Part shown: positions 1-11,451 of the stretch, in pieces
Position numbering within the stretch: position 1 is the first letter of the stretch
How the letters are laid out: each line of letters starts with the position of its first letter
Source: Dicyema japonicum
Lineage: Eukaryota; Animalia; Dicyemida
Reading direction: 5' to 3'
Assembly (NCBI GenBank): GCA_011109175.1
Contig: RDEW01000004.1
Location: 1,759,355-1,792,354 of the forward strand
Length of the DNA stretch: 33,000 nucleotides
The notes under the pieces: generated by a model
Databases searched by the model: none
What the model was told of the DNA's origin: nothing
The model's input: the letters and a program-made list of their open reading frames with translations, nothing else
Position numbers and translations under genes: made by a program

Positions 1-429
1 TTCACACCGGTTGAGGTCGATGATTCCGTACTTCACTACGGACAACTAGTGCCGGTGGACCCGATGAGTTATCACCGATTTACCTTAAACATCACGGAAC
101 GCGGTATTTCAAGGTTTTTTCAAGGTCATTGAATACGCCTGCCATATGGAGTCCTATTCCAAACTCAATAAACGAAATTCAATCAAACTGAGAACTACAC
201 GTTTGCATCCTACAATATTAAAACCCACTTCCCACTCTCCTTTCAGAGGAGTCCACGAGGAACCATGATCATAGATTCCAGAGTTTCGGCAAAGAACTTG
301 GAAACCCATTGGGCCATTGCTCGAGCAGAGGAATATCGATCGGTCCCTACAGAAGGACACCCCGACGGTTGGGACATTGGAAGACTACGCAAGGATGATC
401 ATGGAATTAATGGAAGATGGATCACTTAA
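1..429 (+). pseudogene. 3' part of an unidentified, probably decayed gene running off the window start
   Basis: Frame 1 reads FTPVEVDDSVLHYGQLVPVDPMSYHRFTLNITERG...ENYTFASYNIKTHFPLSFQRSPRGTMIIDSRVSAKNLETHWAIARAEEYRSVPTEGHPDGWDIGRLRKDDHGINGRWIT* to 429. It has two internal stops (TGA 130-132, TAA 169-171). No family recognised. Confidence 0.3.
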
Positions 430-822
430 TTAGTGTTTTAACATCTTTCTTGGCGTTCTCAAATAATAATTAATAGAAATTTAATCGTCTTCTATGGATC
501 ATGTAATCGACAGTTTCTTGATCTGGAAACCCATTTGCATCACACGTGACTAAACGGTTAAAATTATTCATGGTAATGGAAAATCGTTTGCAACTACTCC
601 ATCGAGCTTCCATGATTTCAATCGAGGTTGACGAACACCTCATCCTCTTACGCTGTTCTGTTTGATGTTCTGGAGCCCCGGGAAGAGAATTAGTTGTAAA
701 AATGATTTTTATCAATTTCAAAATTCATAAATTTCGTTTTGTTAATTAATTTATATATTTGTATAAAAATACATTTTATTCATAATATAATTCTCTCAGA
801 TCAACAAATTAATTATTCTAAC

Positions 823-1409
823 ATGAAAATAATAGGTCTTATGTGTCAGCTAAAATATAGGCATTTTATTCTTCTGTCTGGGTCTGGTTGTGTCCTTCGG
901 AATATCCATTAGTTTGTACGCCACTGGTAAACTTTCTGAGTATTTTAAGGATTCAAGCTATCCGGCAGATGCCCCATGAATCCTGTGGTACCCAGGATTA
1001 CGATTTCAATAGGAATATTGGGCTTCGCGTTCGGGTTTGTTATTTTCTCCTCTTCATTTGACGCTATCTCTGCAAAAGGAAAAAACAAGACCAAATTTGT
1101 TGTTGGATGTGATATTGTCCTCTTCTTATTTTCCACTATTGCCTTTCTTATGTGCATTTCAAGTAAGCTTTCCTTCCATTTTAAGATGTGGTCTTGATCT
1201 CGAGACGACCAGTTGACCTTTTAAACGACAAATTCGCTTTGAGTAACGGTTACATCATTGACCCCAAATTTTGTGATTCCACCTCGTATTCCATCATATT
1301 TTATTTGTCTATCATACAATCTGCGCTATTGATTTCTTTCATTATTTACATCTCCGCGTGGTGTTGGTTCGACAGAAAACAATTCATGAGGCTAACCGTC
1401 AGAAGATGA
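823..1409 (+). CDS. Intact 4-exon multi-pass membrane protein, 171 aa, TMEM272-like
   Basis: Exons are 823-835, 861-926, 950-1162 and 1186-1409. Introns are 836-860 (25 nt), 927-949 (23 nt) and 1163-1185 (23 nt), all GT-AG. Splicing joins track ORFs 976..1197 and 1188..1409 into one frame: MKIIGILFFCLGLVVSFGISISLYATGFKLSGRCPMNPVVPRITISIGILG...KFCDSTSYSIIFYLSII... The TM-CP..P..P-TM and 'FCD...Y..F' motifs resemble TMEM272-type proteins. The gene model is firmer than the family call. Confidence 0.75.
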
Positions 1410-1559
1410 CTTTACTAATCTGCCTTTATTGACATGATTTTTCTTATATTTGAGGGATATTAGCTTATTTTGGAAGCCGACAATTGGCATAAGCTCGGTC
1501 TCCCTTGTAGGTCTTGGAGTACTTATTTTCCTGATGACATTTCTCTTCTCCTTAAAACA

Positions 1560-2320
1560 GTGATCCTGGATCAATAAAGGTCTTCCTCAGATGTTGGATT
1601 CCCATGGATAATGGCCGCTCCAAGGCCCTGTCGAAACCATGTTTGTTATAGATTTTTCAAATTCTTTTGATGGCGGATACACCAAAAATACAAGAAATGT
1701 ATAGTTCTTTGGATCGGTATGTCTCTTGCATTTGATTCTGTCCACAGAGTCATACTCATTAAATTTGTAAACCTTCCACGACACGGATGATGTTATAATG
1801 ATCCCTTTGATGATAGAAGATATCTAGCAGTCAATTTGGGAAATTCTACCTCTAACTTTTTAAACCACAAAGGGAGTTCCACGAGGAGACTCTCTGTTCC
1901 CTATTCTTTTCGCTATTTATCTTGAGTTGAGAGACTTCAGAGCGTCAATTAAAGGCTAATGAAGTGGTTTATGAGGTGATTTGCATTTTATTTGACGATA
2001 TTGAATATCTCAAATACGCACACGTGGGTGTTCTATATATAGTCAAATGGTTCTTTAATATAAACACTGAAAACTGAGTTTACATCATTTACCCGTTCAG
2101 AGACAAGATCAGAAGAAGATGTAGCCCTTGCATCTGATGTTGTCGAAAACCTAATAACACATGGTTCTGGGTAGAAAGCTCAGTGGGAAGTTAAGATTTA
2201 CAAAAGCTTTATCGTACGATCCTAATTTATAATTGGAGGACATGGGGGTTACTGAAGCAGGTCATAGAGAGTATTGATAGTATTCACTGCGACATGTTTA
2301 CACAATCCTGTTCTCTTTAG
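1560..2320 (+). mobile_element. RTE-like non-LTR retrotransposon, decayed RT fragment
   Basis: Frameshifted RT motifs MSLAFDSVHR (1719-1748) and GVPRGDSLFPILFAIYLE (about 1872-1926), followed by thumb-like RKL...LRFTK..PNL.YNW.TWG. Confidence 0.75.
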
Positions 2321-2529
2321 TTAAAGGACTTTATTAATTTATGTGTTTTATTAATGATAATGAAGTTTAATTTTATGTAGACAAGTACTGAATTTTGACA
2401 TCAATGCTAAAATGATCTTTGATGACATATCACTAACAGATAAAATTCGTCAATACTTCAATAGTAAAGATAAATCTCACAACTATTTTTGAAATTAAGA
2501 ACAAAATTCGAAAAATCAAACAAATTCTA

Positions 2530-3000
2530 CTAATCCCCATTATTTGTGTCCGAGAAATCCCCCATGTCTCGTTCGTGCATATCCCTGAGGTCAACAGGTC
2601 TGTTTAAAGTTTGGCTTTGTAGTAATCCGATGTAATTGAAACTATCTTCCAAAATCATTTCAATACTTCTTATACGGTTATCCTCACGTGCTGGAAGTAT
2701 ATTGTCAAATTTTCAAGAACAGCTAACATTGAGGGATCATTTTCAAGTTCAAAGATGTCATCATCAATAAAAGGACTATATTCTGGAAACATTTCAAATT
2801 TACGCTATTTCTTTCATATATACGCAACTTACGAAATCGATTATTTTTATTCTGCATCACTTCCAGGTTTTTCCGTGTTTTCCGGAAAGCAGGAGTCAAA
2901 CCCAATAGTTTGGCACCAAATATTCTTTGATTCAAAACTTTGTGTATCCGATGTCTCATTGTGTGCTTGAACACGAAAAAAGGGAGATGAGGGCTAGAGA
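2530..3000 (-). pseudogene. Frameshifted gene for a small, possibly secreted acidic protein
   Basis: Pieces assemble as SLALISLF / VQAHNETSDTQSFESKNIWCQTIGFDSCFPENTEKPGSDAE / IKIIDF-[28-nt intron GTAAGTTG...AAATAG]-RKFEMFPEYSPFIDDDIFELENDPSMLAVLE / FDNILPAREDNRIRSIEMILEDSFNYIG...DTNNGD*. This needs three single-base frameshifts, each at a homopolymer run. No clear start codon. Confidence 0.35.
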
Positions 3001-3459
3001 TGTTAACTATCTATATCATGAATTAGTAAAATCGTATGTTTTTTATATTTTTATCAATTTTAGGTGTAAGTGTTAAGGACTAGTGAGAAACCTGATTTGT
3101 AACTTAATTTAAAGGGGCTCCTCTCTCAAATAGGATATATCGAAGGTATGGCTGGTGATATTTTGTCAAAGAGAGTAAAGCGTATCAAAGAAATTCCATG
3201 CCCTATAAGTCTCCAATATCAATTGATACATCTTATCCAAATTGCCAATATAATTGAGGACTTTCTTTGTCTTGAGCTTTCTTTGGCAGTACGCGTGGTA
3301 AAGAACTTGGTCTGAACCTCAATCTTACTATTTCATACAGAACAACTTCTTTGATTGATTTCTTTTAAAAAATAAAATTATTAGATAAAAACGTATTCTC
3401 AATTTGAAAGAATTCAAATATAAAATTGTTTTTTTTTCATCTGACTCGGATTGAAGATT

Positions 3460-3880
3460 ATCCAGACTCACAGGTGCCGATGTGGTGATACCGTCGACTG
3501 TTGTGGACATCATGACCTCTCTTGTCGAAGAAATGCACGACGATTCCCAAGACATAAGGTGATCAACGGAATTGTTAAGCGAGCCCTGGAGTCTGCTGGA
3601 TACCCCTCCATACTTGAACATGTTGGCTCGGATAGAGAAGACGGAAAACGGCCTGATGGAATCAAAATTTATCTATTCGAGGAGGGGAAACCTTTGGTAT
3701 ATGCGACGTTCGTCGACCCTTTGCTCATCCAACATGAAAGTAAAGGGGAATAAATATGTAGCGCTACGCGATCGATTCGTTCTACCCCATCATTGTTGAG
3801 ACAACATGGGAATAAGCAAAAAATCGCTTCTTTTCCTAAAGAAATTAGACGCCTAACTGCACCCACGACGCATGTGAGAC
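3460..3880 (+). mobile_element. CRE-like non-LTR element, zinc-finger plus restriction-like endonuclease (RLE) fragment
   Basis: HRCRCGDTVDCCGHHDLSC, RFPRHKVINGIVKRALESAGYPSILE and DREDGKRPDG match the CCHC plus PD-(D/E)XK C-terminus of CRE-type elements. Confidence 0.85.
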
Positions 3881-3959
3881 TCGGTGAAGGTTGATCTTGT
3901 CTTTATTTCTCGGTGATCCCGGTAAATTCAAAATTGATGTTCAATTCTCATATATCGTT

Positions 3960-4385
3960 CAAGACAAAATTGAGGGTTTAAACGCGTTCCTATGGTTCTG
4001 TACAATTATGGAACATCGGGCCTCAATTAGTCTTACTGGGAAAACTAAACTTCTACCACAGAAATCAGCTACGGTCGCTGATGAAAATTATGATTCAAAA
4101 AAAGATTTGTAAAAAAGAGCTTTACTGAATATGCAATCACAGCGATCCAAAAGAGAGAGTTGAAAATTATTTGGACATATCTTAAGAATGGACCACCCAG
4201 TTCCAGCAAACAATGCTATGGAAGTTTACTTTTATATATGTTGTGGATACCACGGACGTCCTCACTACTCTCTCCTATTGCAATTCACGAAGATCTTGAG
4301 AATGTAAAAATGAAACTCGAAAATGTAGATGTCCTTCGAAAAATCGCCTTCTCATGGAGAGCGTGGAGTGGAGGTATGTAAAATG
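3960..4385 (+). mobile_element. RTE-like LINE 3' end fragment
   Basis: Motifs VLYNYGT, HRNQLR, LFGHILRMDHPVPANNAM and GRP...IHEDLENVKMKLENVDVLRKIA..RAW. Same C-terminus as 14717-15030 and 24315-24548. Confidence 0.8.
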
Positions 4386-4399
4386 ATAGATTGTCCACG

Positions 4400-4950
4400 A
4401 TGTTGCAAAAGCGAAAAGAAGATCCTCTGACACGCAACATCTGGTATCCACAAGTGATCCCAGAATACTCTGTCATTAGCATAGACAAGGAGCTATGACA
4501 AAAATATGTTTAAAAAATATAACCCAAACGAGTTTACCGCTAAACGTTCTTACTAAAACATCCTCAAAGATTGAGAAACCTTCTTTAAGAGGGTCAAAGA
4601 TATCTTGTCACCCCCAGGAGTATTGTTTTTAGTTTCTAGTTTCCATATTAACCTCTTCATATGTAATAGCCTGGAAAACCACGCTCGATACCACCGGATA
4701 GTTACCATTTTGCGTCTCTCCAAGGATACAAAGTCCTAGACACACTGACTGGTGGACCTCTCGACACTTAAACAGAATCACCGAAATTACAGCAAAAATC
4801 TCAGCAATCTCTGACTGGTCCGAGGTTTTATAAGCATTCGAAAGCATAAATACACACGAACGAATCTTCTCTTTTCCAGACAAGCTCTTCAACTGCTCTT
4901 AAAAGTCAGACCTTACAGGGTGATTCTTTAGCGTGATTTCGTCCACTTCT
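4400..4950 (-). mobile_element. LINE fragment, linker before RT (Jockey/I-like)
   Basis: YKTSDQSEIAEIFA, AITYEEV and KNNTPGGDKISLTLLKK match the LINE motif 'IT.EEV...K..PG.D.I...LK'. Heavily decayed. Confidence 0.45.
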
Positions 4951-5089
4951 TACTCTACATGTCCACAAAACCATTCTAATTTATCACGGGAAATCTATCC
5001 TCTGTATGAAAGTTTGATTTTTCTCAAATCCAGTCCTTCAAATGAAGGAAACTGATGGCTAACAAAAAGACCACAGTCAGGAGCAGAGA

Positions 5090-6090
5090 TTCGTCAGGTG
5101 TATTTGATGCTGTGCAGAACTCTGAGGTGGACCTGGACAAGAAAATAAATGGCCCGTATTCTGGTCGCTAAGAATACATGATGGACAAAATGGAGAAGAC
5201 GATTGTCCGATTCTGTTCATAGGAACAGGACCACAACAATGCGCACCAAGTGGACACGAACTTCCAATGAATTCACTTCTATCAATTTTTCGTTTTCATT
5301 CGGGTAACTAAACGTAGATAAAACTTCCTAAATTTGTAGTCAACAGACCCAACTTATTTCCCTTACCGCGACTACCAAATAGTTTGCTTGATAGTGGCTA
5401 CAGGACTAAGGTACCGTTCCCAGATTTCTTCTCGCTCGCATTCTAACTTTTAATCGGTCCTGTTATGGCTGGCAAAGAGTTTCCCCATAGGGACACGCTT
5501 GAAAGTTTGCCCACGTGTACTCCACTAGAATGTCCCTCAGAGATATAAAAAAGGAAGTTTTCTAGCCATGAACGCTTCCTGGTTGTCCCAATTGTCAGAA
5601 CGCAGGTTGTATCCAATTTTGCCAGGGTTTGAATATGTTCGTGAAGCTTGGTCAGAAGTGGTCGATGATCACACCAACGTCCCTAACACTCGTGGATTAC
5701 ATATCAAACAGTGCATTAACGGATAGGAGACCTCTAATTAGTCTTCTCAAATTATTGTTTTTTCTGTATCGGGTCGGTGGAACTAACAAGTCAAAGATAC
5801 ACCTAAAAAGATAACAGTAAACAATTAGTTAAATGTATCAAGTTTCCACAGTTACAGAAACAGAGTCCTTCAACGTTACACAAGTCCATCCAGCAAAAAG
5901 GTAAACAAAGTCCATTCATTGCAGTTGTGAAAACTCCTCCTGTAGAGTGGGGGAGAGCTAATGATACTTTTTCGTGTTACCCTGGCACTGGGCGTCACTT
6001 GAGACAAGTGGATCTTATGACGGCACTCTTGTAGAAAAGGGAAGAGGAGGAACAGACGAAACAAACAGAAAACTTAAACCAATGGTACAA
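5090..6090 (-). mobile_element. LINE 3' half (thumb region plus C-terminal zinc knuckle)
   Basis: RDVGVIID (YLGV..D-like), ILVEYTWA, and a terminal NRIGQSSSPFCPSC...TGHLFSCP CCHC-type knuckle. Confidence 0.55.
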
Positions 6091-6449
6091 GCGGTCCATA
6101 AAGTTAATTTATCAATTTAGTTAAACTAATGTTTATAAAAATAAAATAAATAAAGAATAAATGAAAGTGACCTCATGAAGTGGTTGAATGAAAAATAATA
6201 CATAAATAATGAAATGTGTGAAAAAATTATTGAAATTCTGCCTAATCTTTGGTATTCATGAGTCACCTGCTTTCCACGGTTGTGGCTAACGACCCAACTT
6301 CTTTCATAGATTAAGAAACTATAATTCGGTCCATTGGAGGTGACATTCTCGAACATTCTATTTTTGTGGTCTTCTCTCAGTCTTCCGAGATTGTTAGAAT
6401 TAATTTTCTCTCTGTGTGTCCCTTAATACTGATTTTATATTTTAGTATA

Positions 6450-7850
6450 TTGAGAATCATACCCAGGTCAGGAGATTCAAAACCGGACCTGCGTGCATCT
6501 GATACTTTTTTTGTTTAGAACTTTGGATTTCTGATGTCTCCCGAGTCGTTCACTTTTCTGTGATTTCGAAAAAGAAATTATGCGGAATATTGTATAACAC
6601 GAACGTTGGGAAGCCATGTTGAAAAGACTACGAATAATACCTCCTCCGCTATACTGTGTAAATCGATTAGGAGGCTTAAGAAGTGCTCTCCACACTTAAT
6701 TGCACAAAGAGATCCAGGTACAAATCCCAATGACTTTATGAAGTGCTGTCATCAACCATATCCAATGACCTGGATCTCTATTCAGGCCATGTTGAAGGAA
6801 TAAATGTCCCACATAACCTTCTTCGACCCGTCTAACTGAAAAACCTGGTATTTTCCGATGGCAATAACACAAATATTCAATTTTTAGATAAACGAGAACA
6901 AGATTCCGTTACTATGGAAGAAATCGCTGATACACCCTATCCTGATAGAAACAAATCACCTAACAGCCCATCCTCCTACCGCTCGGTTTTCATCATCTAT
7001 GCATTGTCACGGAAGTGGTCCTTCTCAAGATCCGTCCTTTCGTCACATTTCCATCTTTTTACACGGATTCCACGATGGATACTTAAGGACAGCGCACTTA
7101 ACAAAACTTATCCAATTCATTTTTGACTGGCTGAATATTCCCAATCCACAAGAGAGAAACGTACTGGTCTCAGTGGTGGCAAACAACCAAAAGTAAAATC
7201 GGGATGGAGTGCCACAAGGATCACCGCTGTTGCCAACGTTATTTAATATGATCCTCAGTGACCAATTCTCCCCAAACTCAATTTTCTTATATGAAAATAA
7301 TCTCGTGATTGGAACGAAACATCAGAGACGAGGAGGCGATACGGTCTGTGCAAGAACCTGGTGAATCTTTGGTTCTTGAAGAATTGCCTAAAAGTATCAC
7401 CAGATAAGTCACATGTCGCTTGTACGATGAAACACAAACAACGCCAGCAGTATATGATTCCCGGCCTTCTTAACTGAGCTTAACGTCTGATGACATGGGA
7501 TCTGACAGAGATGTGTTCGAAACAGAAAGATGGATTTTTCAGCAAAGGTCAATTCTTGTAAAACAGCTCCCAATCGTCGGACAATGAGTCCTTTTGGCAC
7601 ATAATAGTTGCTGAAAGGGATCTTCCTACTTTCTCCCTCACCAAGTGGTGAAGATTACTATTATGAAAATTCTTCCGCCTAAGAATGAAGTGATGTCCGC
7701 GACGGTAGGACGTGTGATAAAAATAAAAGAGGACGGACTTACTATCCACCTCTCTTCTGAAGCGGAAGTCTGTAATGGACTGTTGGAGGATGGATTTGGT
7801 CTGCACAATTGGACGTAACATGACCCTTTCAATCCTATGAGTCACCCTGA
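6450..7850 (+). mobile_element. Jockey/I-like LINE, decayed RT region
   Basis: KSPNSPSSYRSV (SYRPI-like), HGFHDG (Q.GFR-like) and GVPQGSPLLPTLFN (about 7206-7247). Many frameshifts. Confidence 0.65.
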
Positions 7851-7899
7851 ATTCTCTCCTTTCATTCACATTTCAAGTGAACTTGGTAACCTCGAGGAT

Positions 7900-10080
7900 C
7901 GAGAAAGTTCAGAATGGTAGAATTGATGAGTTGGTTTAACACTTTGATGTATCAAACATCAGACAATGGAATAGATAGGTTTGTATTTATGGTGGACAAT
8001 CCACTCTCTAACCTCCAATACTGATAATGTCATCAGGACGAATATAGTGATTGTCTACCTAGTTAAGTCTCCCTTTTCTCCCGAGCATGAGCGTGGCAAC
8101 GGAAGTGGAAACATTGAAAATCAAAAGTTCTGACGTAAGGAAATTTCGGATACCCGAAGGATCCGTATTCGAGTCCCTTTCACTCCAAAATTGAAAGAAC
8201 TCAGAGGATAATCTGTCAGAAACGTCACCTATTATATAATAGTTAATTTCTCCCATCTCCAACCGAACTCACGGACTTGACCATTGATGTGGGATAACAA
8301 TTTTCCGTTCTCGAATGGGAGATCTATCGTGAGGAATGTGACGTTTTTGACTTTGCCAAATTCAAAAAACTGCAGAAGTACTCAGCTCTTGGAGATTGCT
8401 TTCGCTTCATTCAAATCGCATTAAGTTGGAGACAACCTTAATCCGATCATTAAATTGCTTTTGTATTTACAAGAAACATAGATCTAAGCCACTGAAGATG
8501 TTAACTCTAATAAATACTTTCGAAGACTCACCGCCGATCATAAAATCTAGGGAATCGAGAAATACCACGTAATTGTTAGTAATCTGAGAATACGGGAGGC
8601 AATCCCCGAATATATTGCACAATTCGTAGTTATTATTTTTGATATCAAGATCTGCCGCCCGATTCTATTCAAAAAAATTCGGATTCAATCTGCCACATGT
8701 GATTCTACAGAAAATGAGAATTACAGAAAAGTCGTGAGTTTAAATGATATCCGTGATTTATGTGGACAATCAAATGCTAGCTGCCTTGAGCGTAAATGTA
8801 ATAAACTCTAAATTGTTATTGTAGTCAGCAAAGTTTCTCTCCTCGTTGAGCAAAAGTTGATGGTCATTTTAATTTCGTCCACCAAAAGTTGTTTAGGAGA
8901 AAAATCCCCGAACTTAGAGAATCAAAGATGGAACAGAAATTTTTAAAATTCAACAAATATTTTGATGCATCTGATTTTGAGAAATGGGAGGCACCTCGGG
9001 GTTTTATTCCGTCGCTTCCTCTACACAAATTTCCATTTCAAACTGATAGTAGGGGAAATGGTAGGCCGAGTCCATTTTTCGTTTATTTGGTCCAAAAACT
9101 CATCTTTAAAAATGTCAGGAAAACATTTGTCTCTTTTTGTAGAATAAACCTGCCTAATAAGAGACTAGTACTTCCATGTTCTTTTCAACCCTTAGGAAAG
9201 ACACGTTGTATCGATAGAAAAGTAAAATTTATCCGTCGCGGTCGGTTGACCTATACTGCCTGCAAAAATATAGGCACAGATTTATTTCCAGAATTTCAAA
9301 ATTTTACCACAAAAATTATCTGTCAGTTTGAAATCTTCGTTGATTTCATTTTCCCCAAAAATTTCAAAAATTTGTATAAATTCCGCTCACTGTTTTAACG
9401 TCTGGTTTCCTTGCGCCTGAGACGATGGAATTCTTTAGTCGTCTAGGGTTCGGATTTCTGCACGAACAGGAAATCCCTGCTAGCGCTGCTTTTTGAATGA
9501 ACCTCACTCGCCATCTTAGAGGGAATAGCCACGCTGTCTTTAATTGTTCCAAACAAGATTTCTAAAAAATAAATTCGGTTTTCTAAAATCAAATTTTATT
9601 ACGTTTTTCATGTCCTCATTAAGCAAGACCAACTTTCGTCCAAAATATAAACGGGGGAACCTAATTATTATTCAGTTGGTAGACGTGTTCAATTACATTT
9701 GATGAGAAAATCTGCTTTTCAAGAATCGCTTTAATCTTTTCAAATTCGTTCACAGAAAAAAAAGAATCGAGAATGATGTTCCCACAGACTATACGAACTC
9801 TAAAACATATAACATAGAGGAGTTAACGTATTTTACTTAAATCTGACTATTTCGTCTTTTAAAACACACCAACAGATATTACATATCAATGATGAGTGTT
9901 AAATGGGATTTCCCTAAGAATCCAAATGAAAAATGCTACTTGCTCAATTTTACTGTAAAGGTAAATAATGTCGGAATATATTTTGGTTTTAAGGTAAATT
10001 TGGCTGTTTTTTAGCATCGTTTTTCCAATTTGGGATAAGAGTTTAGTATCTCCTCGTGTAATTACTGTTAGACATTCTAC
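7900..10080 (-). pseudogene. Large decayed multi-exon host gene, product unknown
   Basis: Successive coding-like segments: VRIVCGNIILDSFFSVNEFEKIKAILEKQ; FIQIFEIFGENEINEDFKLTDNFC; DKCFPDIFKDEFLDQINEKW; IRIFLNRIGAADLDIKNNNYELCNIFGDCLPYSQITNNYVVFLDSLDFMIG; FEFGKVKNVTFLTIDLPFENGKLLSHING; DVSDRLSSEFFQFWSERD. They are separated by intron-like GTGAGT/GTAAAA...TAG/CAG stretches, with several in-frame stops and frameshifts. Confidence 0.4.
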
Positions 10081-10109
10081 TTAATCGTTTAGCCGTGTAG
10101 CCTCTCAGG

Positions 10110-10300
10110 AAAATATTATTTTATTATTATTATTTAAGCCAAAGAAACACCGTCTTAACAAATAACTAATATTCAGGTGATCCTGGGATCTCTCAATAAT
10201 GGGCCATTTTTTCTCGATGCTCCGACTGTGATCCCACGCATTTTCTATACGGACGGGGTCTTTTTCCTTTTCTCTCTGAAAATACAATTCATTTACTTCA
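10110..10300 (-). mobile_element. LINE 3' terminus with (TAA)n tail
   Basis: The minus strand ends GGATCACCTGAA...GACGGTGTTTCTTTGGCTTAAATAATAATAATAA. It aligns by eye with the 3' end at 23120-23180. Confidence 0.55.
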
Positions 10301-10399
10301 AAGGAAGACTAATCTCTACAGCAAATAATCTAAAGGTCTCAGATATTTTTTAATCTAAAATTTATTTAATTTATTAAAAGTCAATTTTAAAGATAAGGT

Positions 10400-10580
10400 C
10401 TCCATTTTGTCTTGCAGACATTGAGAACGCAATATGAGTTACTCCTCATGATCGCAAGCCCAATGTTCTGGAAGAAAGATCGTGTCATTCTAAGCTCTTC
10501 CTTCATCAGTTGGAATTTTCGAATACACGATCTGACTTCCCAGTATTCAATTTCACGTCTTAAAATCTTGAAATTAGATA
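10400..10580 (-). mobile_element. CRE-like element, extreme C-terminal remnant
   Basis: SFFQNIGLAIMRSNSYCVL matches the CRE terminal motif 'FL.QRI..A..RGN...L', also seen at 29553-29615. Confidence 0.55.
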
Positions 10581-10688
10581 AATTATTTTTCGTATGAAAT
10601 TTCAGTCTATATAAATTTTTTATATATTTATTAAAAAAGTTAATTAAATTAAAGTTAGTTTCAGAAAAAAATAATAAAAAATTAAACA

Positions 10689-11451
10689 ATGCAAAAATTT
10701 ATCTGCGCTCTGATTGTTTTGACAGAAATTCTCATGTTTTTCAGTGTCCTTGGTACAATCTTACTGTACAAGAGGGACTATAACTCCACCAGGGTGATCC
10801 CTTATATAAGGTATGATCATGCTTATTCCAGCGACACATATAACCTGAAGCCTGGAAGTTCATATTTTTCGCTTCTAATGAACATTTCTATAATAATTAG
10901 TATTTTGTTTGTTTATTCAGATTTTGTGATTTTGCTGATAAATTACAAAAGTTTGCTAATCAAAAGAAATGTCGACAAAGTGATGAACTACGTCTCATTG
11001 GGGTTCTTGGTCCTTGCTCTGGGACTCTCCTGATAGCGATTAACTTTCAAGTAGTCTGTCTATCTTAAGTTTAGAAAGAGCCTTGTACACTATTTCATTA
11101 TATTTCTGCCATCATAGGATTAATCTCTTATTCTGTTTATTTAATAAACGAATCCATTCTTACGCAAAACATAGTCAAAGATTCAAAAATTCAGAAAATA
11201 GCCTCGTGGGTTATTTCTGTTTCTTCATTGATGTCCGTCATACTCTGTATAAGTGTGAGTAATAAGCCTAGTCGTTGTCCTGAATGATTTAGGAGGCAGA
11301 AAACAGAATAATGTAAGGATTTTTAAATTATTAGGTTATGAATGATATTTCGGCATTTTTTGAATGGACTGCCTTAATAATGGATTATCTGTTTCTCCTT
11401 ACTTTATTTAATAATTTTAATCGTTTTGACATCAAATTTTATTTTTATTAA
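10689..11451 (+). CDS. DRAM: DRAM/TMEM150 (Frag1/DRAM/Sfk1 family) autophagy-modulator-like membrane protein, 6 exons, about 218 aa, one 1-nt frameshift
   Basis: Introns are 10811-10831 (21 nt), 10900-10920 (21), 11051-11074 (24), 11253-11271 (19; an acceptor at 11292 is also in frame) and 11313-11334 (22). Splicing restores PYISDT, LMNISIIINFVILLINYK, LGLSLIAINFQ|K, LFHYISA and ISAFFEW...FLLTLFNNF. These match DRAM2 motifs PYISDTG, MLNIAAVLCIATIYVRYK, GLSIVANFQK, AAHVSGA and TAAEW...FFLTYIRDF with equal spacing. One extra C is needed at about 11029-11030. Confidence 0.9.

Noticed and set aside
470-721. 83-aa minus-strand ORF as a gene
   Set aside because: No motif, intron or paralogue support. 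It cannot be distinguished from a chance ORF.
5460-5810. Penelope-like RT suggested by 'KRVPMG'
   Set aside because: Another frame gives LINE thumb motifs in the correct order, leading to a LINE zinc knuckle.
8889-9398. Longest ORF in the track (169 aa, plus strand) as a gene
   Set aside because: It has a non-ATG start and no motifs, and lies antisense to the coding-like segments of the decayed minus-strand gene.
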